Positions 25,626 through 40,156 of a stretch of DNA of 64,000 nucleotides are shown in pieces. The number at the start of each line of letters is the position of its first letter. The stretch's first letter is position 1. The notes under the pieces are model-generated. The model did no database searches. It was not told where the DNA came from and saw only the letters and a program-made list of their open reading frames with translations. Where the stretch lies: assembly GCA_951406725.2 (NCBI GenBank), contig OX597819.1, positions 27,652,001-27,716,000 on the forward strand, in the 5' to 3' direction. Both the position numbers and the translations under genes were made by a program. The stretch is from Octopus vulgaris. Its lineage: Eukaryota.

Positions 25626-26053
25626 CTGGAGAGGAACGGTTTGAGAAACAGAGCGAAACGTTGGATTTATAGACTAAAAGACACCCTTTCGTTTAGCACA
25701 GAGACTTGCTTTGTTTATAAGGAAAAGGGAAATCGAGTTAATGGAGTCGACTCAAGTATTATTTTAACGACTTCAGGGGATAGGGAAAGAACGACATAGG
25801 AAAATGGTAAACTTTACCACCGGCGTTAATTGAAACTTTTGTTATTCCGTTATAGTTCTAGGTAATAACATCAGAGCATTGAATAGCAATATTCTAAAAA
25901 TATATTGGTTTCTTTTGAAGCACAAAAATCCTTATATATTTTTGGCGATAAAATTAATGCTCGCTTTACCCTATCCATAGCTACCAATGACATATATAGA
26001 ATGGGGGGGGGCGATCGTGATAAATGTATTGGATACTGCGTCTTGCTTTCCAT

Positions 26054-26224
26054 TTAGTAAGTTAGTAAGTTAATTAGTTAGTTAGTAAGTTAGTTAGTTA
26101 GTTTGTTAGTTAGTTAATTGGTTAGTTAGTTAGTTAGTTATTAGTTATTTAGTTAGTTAATTAGTTAGTTAGTTAGTTATTTAGTAAGTTAGTTAATTAG
26201 TTAGTTAGTTAATTAGTTAGTTAG

Positions 26225-26225
<1 letters not shown>
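26054..26225 (+). repeat. (TTAG)n microsatellite
   Basis: Directly visible. Confidence 0.95.
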
Positions 26226-26734
<509 letters not shown>

Positions 26735-27247
26735 GCATACACACCTGACATTATTCGGCACAGTTTCGGTCAATCAGATTTTTCTAAAATATTGGTAAAA
26801 CTTTGTCTGTTAGAAAACACTTTACCAAGATACGGTACAGCTGGATCGAACCTGGAACCGGGTCGTTCTGAATCAAACTTCTTAACTGCATACCCATACC
26901 AATACCTTACCCATGTATACTAATACATTTATTTATTAATTAAATTGACTGTTGTATACATTACGAAATTTTATCTGATAATTTAGTCCCTTATTAAATA
27001 AGCAAAGCTCGTTAAAATGTTAATATATTTAAATTTATTCTCCAAGAGATGTGAGTATGTATATAACACATTTATTTATTTATTTATTATCACATTTATT
27101 ATGCTACATTTTATGTCTTTTTACAAAAATAAATCTTAAATCGTTAATTGGATACGTACGATTATAAGACCTCTCCCTCCACTGATGAGAAAGTATGTAT
27201 CTCATAAAACTTTAAGATCTGATCTCAAACTCTACAATTATATCTGC

Positions 27248-28183
<936 letters not shown>

Positions 28184-28285
28184 AAGAAATATATGCACAC
28201 ACACATACATACATGCATGCATGCATGCATACATACATACATACATACATACATACATACATACATACATACATACATACATACA

Positions 28286-28316
<31 letters not shown>

Positions 28317-28344
28317 GTGTATATGCGCATGCACAAGGCGTTAA

Positions 28345-28690
28345 CAAAGTATGGTGTAATGCTACAAAATTACTTCATTCCTAAGCTTGACCAATTAGAG
28401 CTGATAGAGAATACTGTTTTTCAGCAAGATGGTACACCTTGTCACTTTGCTCTGCAAGTTAGGTAGTTTCTAAATGAGAAATTGCCTAGCAGATGGATTG
28501 AAAGAGGTGGAGCACTATTTTGGCCTCCATGTTCACCAGATTTTACTCCATTGGATTTCTTTGTGAAAAGTATTGTTTATTCAACTAAGTCTCGATTTTT
28601 AGAAAGCAAAGATAACTGAAGTGATTGAAGACATTAATTTCTCTTTGTATTAGTAATGATATAGAACATGTTGAAAATTAACAGGGGGAA
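28345..28690 (+). mobile_element. Tc1/mariner transposase C-terminal remnant
   Basis: VFQQDGTPCHFALQVR*FLNEKLPSRWIERGG..WPPCSPDFTPLDFF motifs. Confidence 0.85.
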
Positions 28691-28888
28691 TAAAAGAATT
28701 TAGATCGTCTTTCTTTCTTATCCTTTTTACAGATTAATTCTATCGTGTATAGTCATATACCATTTATTTATTATTTCGTACTTTATTTAGTTCTAGGTAA
28801 ATGTTTTATCGTATCTTTAAGTTTTTTCTATATGGTATGATTTAATTATATCATTGTTGAATTGCTACATGGTGGTTCTTCTCTAATG

Positions 28889-28986
<98 letters not shown>

Positions 28987-29744
28987 CAATCAGCGAGGCA
29001 AAAGAAGAGTCACTATGCAGGTATTTAAACTCCTAGAAATATCAGCCAAATCTTCCGCAAATTTAATCCTAACGTCTCAAAGAGATAATCGAAAAATACA
29101 ATAGACAGTTATAAGCAACTTTTTATAACTGGTTTGTCATATTTACTTGTATATTTCCTGATATGAATTATATTCCGATAGTAGAATCATATTTGATGCA
29201 TTCCATGTTTATTTATTTCATAACGATAAAGATTAAATGACAAAATTCCATTCTCATATCCGTGTTTCGATCTTAATTTGTTCTCTTCAGAGTGATATCA
29301 AATTTCCAAATCATTTTTATGGAAATCCGATTTTTTTTCATTCCTTTTCTTTTCTCCTTTTCACCTTTTTCTTTTTCCTTTTTCCTTTTTTCTTTCTTTT
29401 TTTTTATTTTGTAGCGGAATCAGTTTTAACGGAAAATATTTTTTTCCATGAACATTTCAATTCGAGTAAATAAAATTTTGACAACGTAATCTCTATACAT
29501 ATGCAAAACAAAACAAACAAAAAATGGATGATCACAATCTGTTTAATCTTGGGCTTGTAGATCAAAGCTGTCCTTGGGCTAAACGACAACAGCAATACAG
29601 AAGGGAATGTAACATGTGATTTTCTGTTTGTTGCTGTATAAGCTACCACTGATTGAGTTGATCTGTAATCAAAGGCATTCCATACATGACCATCTCGTTT
29701 TTTTGTCTAGGCATAATGCACTCTGGTGTAAAGAAATTCAATGT

Positions 29745-29951
29745 TCACTTGTTTCAGTCATACGACTGCGGCCATGCTGGGGCATTGCCTTGAGGAATTT
29801 TTAGTTGAATGAATCGCCTCCAGTACCTTTTTGTTTAAGCATGTTACTTATTCTACTGGTCTCTATTTGCCGAACCACTATGTTACATGGGACTCAAAAA
29901 CACCAACTCAGGTTGTCAAGCGGTGGTGGGGAACAAACACAAACACAAGGA

Positions 29952-29955
<4 letters not shown>
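29745..29955 (-). mobile_element. Diverged SINE A 3' half
   Basis: Match to the family A tail. Confidence 0.75.
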
Positions 29956-30007
<52 letters not shown>

Positions 30008-30012
<5 letters not shown>

Positions 30013-30296
30013 AATTAGAGATAAAACCACTATTATGCAACTCAAACAGTGAAAAACATAGCCCAATACATAAATGACAAATAATATATATTTTTATAAA
30101 ACATGTAACTTATAACTATATCTCAAAAAGTATAAAATGAAAGATAAATATATAATATGATAAGTAAAAACACTTATAAGTAAAAAAGTTATAAGTTATA
30201 CGTTTTATAAAAATATATATTATTTGTTATTTATGTATTGGTTTATGTCTATCACTGTTTCAGTTGCATAATAGTGGTTTTATCTCTAATTTATAT
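30008..30296. repeat. Fold-back, about 110-bp imperfect arms, between TA runs
   Basis: 30008-30117 versus 30187-30296. Confidence 0.9.
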
Positions 30297-30371
30297 TTCA
30301 TATATTTATACTGTGAAATTTGATTTAATACTAAATTGAATTTTTCTCTGTAAGTTTGGAGTTATACTCCC

Positions 30372-30416
<45 letters not shown>

Positions 30417-30424
<8 letters not shown>

Positions 30425-30615
30425 TAGAAGAAATAAGGTACTCAGAAATCTGGATGGTTTTATATTTACAGATATTTATTAATTTGTCACATGTTTTTAT
30501 AAATCATATATTAGCGCTTGCGTCCACTCTAGTGGAGTCTTCAGATTGAATTTTTTCAGATTTTGTCTCTTTTTATAGTATTATTGAGTATTATTGAGTG
30601 TGTAGGGTGGAGAGA
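30417..30615 (-). mobile_element. Young Penelope-like terminal fragment, copy 2
   Basis: Reverse complement of 22477-22670. Confidence 0.6.
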
Positions 30616-30761
30616 GATGTAAGATAGTACAAGAGGGTGAGGAATGGGAAGAAAGTGAGAGTGAGAGTGTGTGTGTATGTGTGTGTGTGTTTGTGTGTGT
30701 GGCACACGGAAACTTTGTGGAAGTCCGTCGTATATATGTACGTAGGTGTTTATGTGTGTAT

Positions 30762-30829
<68 letters not shown>

Positions 30830-30831
30830 AT

Positions 30832-30872
<41 letters not shown>

Positions 30873-30930
30873 TATGCATATGTACATACGTATATGTACC
30901 TACTTACATCTATCCTGTGCCCACATATGT

Positions 30931-30985
<55 letters not shown>

Positions 30986-30996
30986 GTGTGTGGGTA

Positions 30997-31490
30997 CAGG
31001 ACGTCACGAAACGAATAATTACATTGTAATTATTCTTTTTCATTCCAGGTGCCATTATATTAAACATTTGTGAAGAGTAACCATGCCGCGCACAAAACAT
31101 TCAGCAGAACTGTCAGATTTTCAAAGAGGTCATATTATTGGGCAGTCTGAGGCTGGTCTTAGCCACTGAGATATTGCTGAAAATCTTTAAATTCTTGCTA
31201 CTGTTAATAGAATTATAGTGCAATTCAAAAGCCAAGGAAAAGAATCAACAGATTCTCGTCCCAGCCGACCTGGGCCCTCGGAAAGGAAGCTTCGCTGTTT
31301 GAAGAGAATTGTGGAAAACGAACCCCGTTCAAAGGCTTGTGACATTGCAAAACAGCTGGAAGTTAGTCCAAGAACGTGTGGTACACATCTCCATAAGCTT
31401 GGGTATTATGGACGAGCAGCTAGAGAAAAACCTCTCCTTCAACCAATTAATATCAAATAAACGATTTTGAAAATTAAAAGTGTCTATTTA
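30997..31490 (+). mobile_element. Tc1-like element, 5' end and N-terminal transposase remnant
   Basis: TA|CAG start. MPR..ELSDFQRGHIIG...TVNRII..F...SRP.RP...LHKLGYYGRAAREKPLL, a paired-like HTH of Tc1 with stops. Confidence 0.85.
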
Positions 31491-31505
31491 CTTCCTGCAT
31501 GTTTG

Positions 31506-31575
<70 letters not shown>

Positions 31576-31610
31576 AATTTGCGAGTGGAATGAGTTTCCA
31601 CTACTAACTG

Positions 31611-31669
31611 GTGATTAACACAAGCTGAGGACGGGTAACCACCCAGAAACTCGAGTCCGTATGTTTCAC
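31611..31669 (+). ncRNA. Minimal type-I hammerhead ribozyme motif
   Basis: CTGAGGA-c-GGGT-aacc-ACCC-a-GAAAC-TCGA-GTC with an intact core and GUC site. Imperfect stem I AACACAAG/CGTATGTT extended by GTGA/TCAC. Confidence 0.7.
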
Positions 31670-31905
31670 ATAAGGCTAGAGATGGGAGAGATGACCTCTC
31701 CTCACAAATACTAATCGGACACAGAATGTGTGTCGTTAGCCAGGTGGAGGAGATGTCTTCCTTTGGTTATAAACATCAGTAGCATTGTCCTGTATCGGAC
31801 GCCACACTTAGCTGGCAAATATGTGTTACGTTTCCGTACAGGTACTGTTTATATCTCGCTCAGAGATTTAATATAACCTTCTCTCTCTTATATATAAATA
31901 TATAC

Positions 31906-31947
<42 letters not shown>

Positions 31948-32053
31948 CATACATACATACATACATACATACATACATACATACATACATACATACATAC
32001 ATACATACATCGGACACTACATACATTACATACACAGGATGAAACTTTGTGGA

Positions 32054-32120
<67 letters not shown>

Positions 32121-32127
32121 TTTTTTT

Positions 32128-32178
<51 letters not shown>

Positions 32179-32224
32179 TATATATATATGTATTATATAT
32201 ATACAGGCATACATTACATATATA

Positions 32225-32430
32225 CATGTCTATGTGTGTGCATTTTTGTCATTGTGTTTGTCATGCCACTCACACAACTTGACAACCTGTGTTGGTTTGT
32301 TTACTTCCCTAAAAACTTTGCGGTTAAGCAAGAGTGTCCGAACTTATTACTGGAGTCGATTTGTTCGACCAGAACCCAACGAGGAGATGCCCTAGCACGG
32401 CCACGTTCCAAAGACCGAAACGAATAAAAT
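32225..32430 (+). mobile_element. Highly diverged SINE A 3' half
   Basis: Recognisable body and tail motifs. Confidence 0.6.
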
Positions 32431-32720
32431 ACCAAAGATATATCCTGTAGTACCAGAATTTATAGCACTGTTGATGAACCGGTAATGCAGCGATGATGCA
32501 CAAGACACTTGGTAAACGAGTACATCTCTGGTCATATATTTATAGCTGTCGTTCACCTCTTTATTGTCTTCTGGTTGTTGTTTTAGACATAAAAATACAA
32601 TGGATTTGTCTGAGCGCTGAATTAGGACATATGATCCGTATTTTATGTTGTATGCACACGTTTGAATGTTCAGATTTGTCAATGTGTATCTATGTACATA
32701 TATATAAATGTGTACGCGTG

Positions 32721-32755
<35 letters not shown>

Positions 32756-32760
32756 GTGTT

Positions 32761-32804
<44 letters not shown>

Positions 32805-32986
32805 TGAGAGGAAGACTGACAGATTATGCGTGCGTTGCGTACGCGTGCATTATGCATGTTTGTGTATTTGTATATGCTTGTCTATATGCTTTTATGTGTT
32901 TATATATATAGATATGTATATATACTTTCACATACCAGCTCGCGACCGTGGTATATACGTATTGAATAGACGGCAATGCGTATATA

Positions 32987-33032
<46 letters not shown>

Positions 33033-33036
<4 letters not shown>

Positions 33037-33090
33037 TTAGACATGGCCTGGGCCAATAATGGCCGAAACCTATCAAAGTATCAAAGTATA
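33033..33090 (+). mobile_element. Extreme 3' tail of the CR1/L2-type LINE family seen at 38612 and 47280
   Basis: AAGTTAGACATGGCCTGG is shared with the minus strand near 47315-47335. Ends in (ATCAAAGT)2. Confidence 0.6.
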
Positions 33091-34733
33091 TATATATACC
33101 TACTTACACACACACACACATGCATGAATACACACATGTATATGTATATATCCATGCGTGTGTAATACACATGTAGTATATGTGAATATATTCCCATATG
33201 CATGTTTGTGCATTATACATGTGCTTGTGTGTGTATGTGTATACTTGTGTTATATGTGTGTGTGTATGCATATATGCATGTATATATATATATATATACA
33301 CACACACATATCTATATGCATGTATGTGTGTGCACGTGCGTCCGTAGTGCGTGATGCGTATTTATGTACGTGTTTCGTATGCATATGTATATCGTATTCT
33401 GTCACGACACACCAAATCTCGGCTTATGTTTTCATGAATCTGTACATGTGAATCGAGAAGGCTTAATCAGTTATTTAAATATTTATACGTATGAGCGAGT
33501 GTATTGAGGTATATATTTGTGTATATGATTGTATATATACATATGTGTGTGTGTATGTGTGTGTGTGCGTGTGTGTATGTGTGTGTGTGTGTGTCCATAT
33601 ATTTCTATAAATATGTATGTATGTAGGTACATCTATATATATATATACATGCATAAGTGTATGTGTGCGCATGTGTGTATTTCTCAGAGAATGTATGCGT
33701 TTATGTTGGTGCATGTGTGCCTGAGTACGTCTGTGTTCGTTTAAGCGCGGACATATTTTTAGTGCGTTTTATGGATGTATATGTATGTGCTCAGCGTATG
33801 TATGTATGTATGTATGTATGTATGTATGTATGTATGTATGTATGTATGCATGTATGTATGTATGTATGTATGTTTGTATGTATGTATGTATGTATGTACG
33901 TATGTATGTATGTATGTATAAGTTAGTATGTATAAGTTAGGAATGTTGTGCGTGTTTGTCCATGAATTTATGCATGAATAAACGTCTTGTATACATCCGT
34001 TTGTATGAGATTATATGAGTATATGTATATATGCATATATCTACATGCATATATAGAGGGATATATGTATATCTATGCGTGTGAGTTTGTACCAATGTGT
34101 ATGTGTGAGCGTGTATATGTGTGTGTACGTACGCATGATGTTAAAATGGCGCCTTGCCATGATATCATTAAAACTATCGAAATGCATAAAAAATCTTTCA
34201 ACAACGTCAAGAAACAACTCTCCTCGAAAATATTCATAAAATTATTTTGTCCGCCCTGTTCTTTCCCCTTTCTACTAATCACCAGAATAACTTTTTTAAT
34301 GGGCTGCAATAAAAACCATTATAATAAAAGACAATATCACATAGTTACAATAAATATGAACGTCTGCTCACACCTTAACCACCATTTGTATCGCAGGACA
34401 TCTTGATGATAAGTTCATATGACCCTCATATAAAATACTGCTGGCATTTTTGAAAGCTTTTATATATCAAATTCTCTCCCAAAGTACCAAACATTGACAA
34501 GAACATAAAAATGTGCGTGTATTTTCTAATGCATTACAAACACATATATATACATATATACAAATATAGATTTTGTGTGCGTATGTGCGTGTAGCTATGC
34601 ATTAATCTAACCTTCTGTATGTGTGTGTGCATATATATGTATATGTACATATATATATATATATGATATAAAATGCGTATTTATTATTCATTTATATGCA
34701 TACATATATGTGTGTGTGAGTATATATAGATAA

Positions 34734-34768
<35 letters not shown>

Positions 34769-35074
34769 CATACATACATACATACATACATACATACATA
34801 CATACATACATACATACACGTAATATATATGTATGTGTGTGCGTGTATAAGTATTTATGTGTATATATGACTGTGCGTATCTGCAGAATTTTATTATATT
34901 TGCATGCATACACAAATAGACACATACACACGTATATATAACACACATATAAAGGTAATTATGCATGCTTAACAAATTCATATGTGTGTATATGGGTCTG
35001 TGTGTGTATATATATATAGAGAGAGAGAGAGACAGCGAGAGATACACATAGATACACACACACACACACACTCT

Positions 35075-35131
<57 letters not shown>

Positions 35132-35814
35132 CACACATCATAAGTACACATATGTATGTATATATGTATGTGTGTATGTATGTATGATTCATTTCATTTC
35201 TATAAAATATGCGCGGCGTTGTACATGTATTAATTCTGGTTTAAATAAATACAATCGTGTGTGTAAATGATTGATAACACACAGTGAGGCGGATCACATT
35301 CCTGTTTAATGGGAGGACCTGAAGTTAAGAACGCAAGATATTGAAACAAACGTCAATATCTCCGTGATGCCGCAGCTTAGAGTGCAAGGTCGTCACTCAA
35401 AATTAGAGGGTTGTGAGTTAAAAATCATCTGCCCTAACACAGAACGCAGCGTGACACCGCTATGACACGATGCAATGATCATTTGGCTGCCAACCCCACC
35501 ATCCATTGCATCCATACGTACTTACATACATGCATACATACATACATACATACATACATACATCCATACATACATACATACATACATACATACCTACATA
35601 CATACATACAATCAAAATGGCCGGATCTACATAAACTTACATTTATAAACCGTTCGCTTCTGATGATGAGTGGTCGTATCTGAAATATATAAATGTTACT
35701 TAACTTTCCTTTTAGCATTCTTGGAAACACTCCGTCATCATTACTTGTAATTTTACTAATATACAATATACACATACATACATACATACATACATACATA
35801 CATACATACATACA

Positions 35815-35846
<32 letters not shown>

Positions 35847-35870
35847 CATATATACATTATATGTATGTAT

Positions 35871-35954
<84 letters not shown>

Positions 35955-35956
<2 letters not shown>

Positions 35957-36532
35957 TCTTTTATTCTTTTATTTTTTCAGTCATTTGACTGCGGCCATGC
36001 TGGAGCACCGTCTTTAGTCGAACAAATCGGCCACACCACTTATTCTTTTGTAAGCCTAGTACTTATTTCATCGGTCTCTTTTGCCGAACCACTATGCTAC
36101 GGGGACGTAAACAGACCAATATTGGTTGTCAAGCGATGGCGGGGGAACAAACACAGACACACAAACATATACATACATATATACATGATGGGATTCTTTC
36201 AGTTTCCTTCTACCATATACACTAACAAGGTTTTGGTCGACCCGAGGCTATAGTAGAAGATACTTGCTCAAGGTGCTTTGCAGTGGGACTGAACCCGAAA
36301 CCATGTGGTTGGTAAGCAAGCTACTTATCACACAGCCAATCCTGCGCTTATGTGTGTGTGTATGTTTGTGTTCGTCCACCTCCCCCAACATCATTTGACA
36401 ACCGATGCTGGTGTGTTTACGTCTCTGGGCTTACAAAGAATAAGTCCTGGAGTTGATTTGCTCGACTAAAGACCGTGCTCCAGCATGGCCGCAGTCAAAT
36501 GACTGAAAACAAGTAAAAGTAAGAATAAAAGA
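35955..36532. mobile_element. Inverted SINE A pair: minus 35955-36349 and plus 3' half 36360-36532
   Basis: Match to family A. Confidence 0.85.
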
Positions 36533-36626
36533 ATGTGTATATGTGTGTGTGTGTGTATACATACATACACATATAGACAGACAGACAGAGAGATAGACAG
36601 ACAGACTGACAGACAGACAGATAAAC

Positions 36627-36683
<57 letters not shown>

Positions 36684-36687
36684 CATG

Positions 36688-36960
<273 letters not shown>

Positions 36961-37148
36961 ACAGGTGGGCTGCGCGTAAGTATTTTTCAAATCCAAAAAC
37001 AATGCAAATTCACACATTAAAAATACAGGTCGATGGTTAGTACTCTTACTTAGTATTACTCAATATTACAGGGCTAGGACGCCTTCTTCAGGGATTCTAC
37101 CGAGAGAAGATGTTAATAACTGACTTCCCTACCCTGAAGTGTGTTTGT

Positions 37149-37200
<52 letters not shown>

Positions 37201-37373
37201 AAGTGATAGATTTCTTGGAGTTGCGCTTAACTAAATATTAATGTTCTCAAATTAATGGGTGTGCATATCCCATGCTACAGTCAATCGTACGTTCACTCAA
37301 AACAACTTAGTTTATTTCAGGTATTCACGCTTCATGGGGGACGTGTAATATATCTAGCTATAGATACAGACAT

Positions 37374-37447
<74 letters not shown>

Positions 37448-37822
37448 ACATACACACATATACAAACTATAACATACAAAGATATCAACATATAAAGCTA
37501 TATACAAACTACATATATACAAAATACAAAGCATACAACATACACAAAGCGCGGCAGATATATATATATATATATAGTAACTTCTATGCTGAAGTGGAGA
37601 CAACATGTTCTTTGTCTATCTCCTTAACGTCTTGGAGATTAAAGGTATAATTATATCTGTTCTAATTTAATTAATGTTCTAATTTAATTAAATTCTATGT
37701 CTTTGTGCAGCTGAGGATTGCTCTGCATTTTAAATTGATTTAATGACTGCGTTGTTCAATTAAACGGAGTTGCATTACCTCTGGATATCCTTGTTGCTTA
37801 TTTTGATATGTGTGTATATATA

Positions 37823-37971
37823 TGACGGGCTTCTTTCAGTTTCCATCTACCAAATCCACTCACAAGGATTTGGTTGGCCTGAGGTTATAATAGAAGACAC
37901 TTACCCAAGGTGAACTCGGAACCATGTGGTTGGTAAGCAAGCTACTTACCACACACCCATTCGTGCGCCTA
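37823..37971 (-). mobile_element. SINE A 5' half
   Basis: Match to the family A head. Confidence 0.75.
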
Positions 37972-37976
37972 TATAT

Positions 37977-38067
<91 letters not shown>

Positions 38068-38073
<6 letters not shown>

Positions 38074-38255
38074 CGTTAGCCCCTACACGCAATTTTTTTC
38101 TCTCCTTGTTTCTTTTCTGTGTATCTTTCTGTCGAAGAGCATAGGCTCGAAACGTAAAAGACTTGTTTTATTTCTATTCCTGAGCGTCATACTAATACTT
38201 TATTTGCTTGTACTCCACCTGCCTTCGTCTTTTGTTTATTTTCGTAAACCTTCCG

Positions 38256-38289
<34 letters not shown>

Positions 38290-38385
38290 GGGGGGGGGAG
38301 AATTCACAAAAAAAAACAAAAGACGAAGACAGGTGGTGTAGGCAACAAACATGTATTAGTAGTATAACGCTCGGGAAGTGAAAAT
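38068..38385. mobile_element. Penelope-like terminal fragments, tail-to-tail around a TA run
   Basis: 38068-38258 (plus) is homologous to 7259-7420. 38300-38385 is an inverted related end. Confidence 0.65.
38124..38161 (+). ncRNA. Minimal type-I hammerhead-like motif (A6U variant)
   Basis: TCTTT-CTGTCGA-A-GAGC-ATAG-GCTC-GAAA-CG-TA-AAAGA. Confidence 0.55.
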
Positions 38386-38611
38386 ATAGTTTTACATTTG
38401 CTATTTTTAAAATAAATGATAAGAGGGACTCAGTTTGAACGCTTTGACCGTGATCTAATCAGTCAACTTTGTGCTTGGACTAACAGTAACAATAACAATT
38501 ACAACGACATCGCTTTCCTTGTCATGTTTCAAATAGCAGCTAATTGCTTTGAATTAAATCGTAATGGACACAATTAAATTAGAAAACATTGACTGAAAAG
38601 GTGCCATCTGA

Positions 38612-39025
38612 TTTAGATATGTCTCGGCGAAATATTGGTTCAGACTATGTCTATCTTAATAGCACCACCTGATAAGATCTGTTAAGTCATTTTTAAGTAA
38701 TGCATTGTGGTGTCATGGCCCATTCACGTAGGGAGACGCTGATGACTCAGATGCATTCAGGTATAAGTAGTTTCTCTGATATTCCTTGAAGAAATTTGTC
38801 TAGATTTTGCCTGAAAGGGATGGGATCTTCTTCTTTGATTTGTTTTGGGATAATGTTAAATAGGGCAGGATCTGTTGCAGAAAAGAAATTGTATTACTGT
38901 GAAGTTATGTCTTGTGATTTTGAATTGTGTAGATGGCGTATGGAAAGTGACCCCAGCCTTGGAGAAATTTTGAATCTAGTGTTTGATGGTATATTCTCCA
39001 CATTGTTCCTTCCTTCTACAACTGT
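38612..39025 (-). mobile_element. Decayed CR1/L2-type LINE 3' end
   Basis: ..NFFSAT.PALFNIIPKQIKEE...FRQNLDKFLQ.I... Homologous to 47280-47615. Confidence 0.7.
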
Positions 39026-39318
39026 TATGTAATTATTACATTTTGATGAAAGAGCGGTTTTCTGTATCTTATACAGGTGTGTGTGTGTCTGTGTCTATGT
39101 CTGTCTACTTGTCTGTGTTTGTGTGTGTGTGTAGATGGATGGATGGTGGATGGATTACTAATATCTTTTCCCAGTAAATAGAGTCTAATATTTCGTTCAG
39201 CTAATGGCATAATATCAGAGCCAAGCACCAGTTCTTTAAAAAATAACTATCTCCGATTAATTGCTGGAAATTCCAAATTTAAACATCCATATGAAAGAAT
39301 GTTAAATATTTCTCGTGT

Positions 39319-39405
<87 letters not shown>

Positions 39406-39834
39406 TGAAAGAGTTAAATGAAAAATAAAATTTAACCAGGTGGAAACAAATGTGATGATCTTATAAAAATGTCCCGTAGCCTATCTCCGACACACACATC
39501 TAATTTCGTGCTTGAACTATGATATTTAGTTTCCCGCCTTTGCATTTAGAACTCAAATTTCACATGAGTCAAATTTGTGTTTCATCTCTGTAAAGTTGAT
39601 TAAATCATACGCAACCATGCAGCAATGTGTGATACGCAGTGAGGCAGCGGATAAAAACTACAGTATTGAGTTATAATGTTTTACACTCTGGATTCAAATT
39701 TTAGTGTACATCCATTTCAGTTTTATCCCTCTGAGAGTCTATATAATAAATCATTAGTGATCTACAGGTAGATTCAAATAGATTCAACCTTTGTAAATAT
39801 GTGGCCCAGTATCAGTGTAAATACTTAAAAAGGG

Positions 39835-40156
39835 TAAAGACACCCTTCGATCACGAATAAGTATGGGATTGCACCAAAGAAGTTCCTTTCTGAGGCACCA
39901 GTCTGGGAAAGGTTGTTTATGGAAGACCAGCAGTCGCCCATGCATACCAGCCTCTGGTTTTATCCTAAGGAATTCAAAAACTGATACAGCTTGGCACCAT
40001 TGATGTTGCAATACATTTCTACAGCTGAATGAACTGGTGCAACATGAAATAAAGTGTCTTGCTCAAGAATGCAGCGCACAGCTTGGTACAAGAATCGAAC
40101 TCACTACCTCATGATCGTGAGCCCGACGCTCTAACCACTGAGCCATGCGCCTTCAC
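39835..40156 (-). mobile_element. tRNA-derived SINE family C
   Basis: GGCGCATGGCTCAGTGGTTAGAGCG...GAGTTCGATTC head followed by a CTTGAGCAAGACACTT body. Confidence 0.75.

Noticed and set aside
32055-32190. Alternating (TA)n and poly-T blocks
   Set aside because: Likely base-calling or consensus error in a TA tract.
32392-32682. 96-aa ORF with hydrophobic C-terminus as a transmembrane exon
   Set aside because: Much of the hydrophobic part is the antisense of a SINE tail; no splice support.
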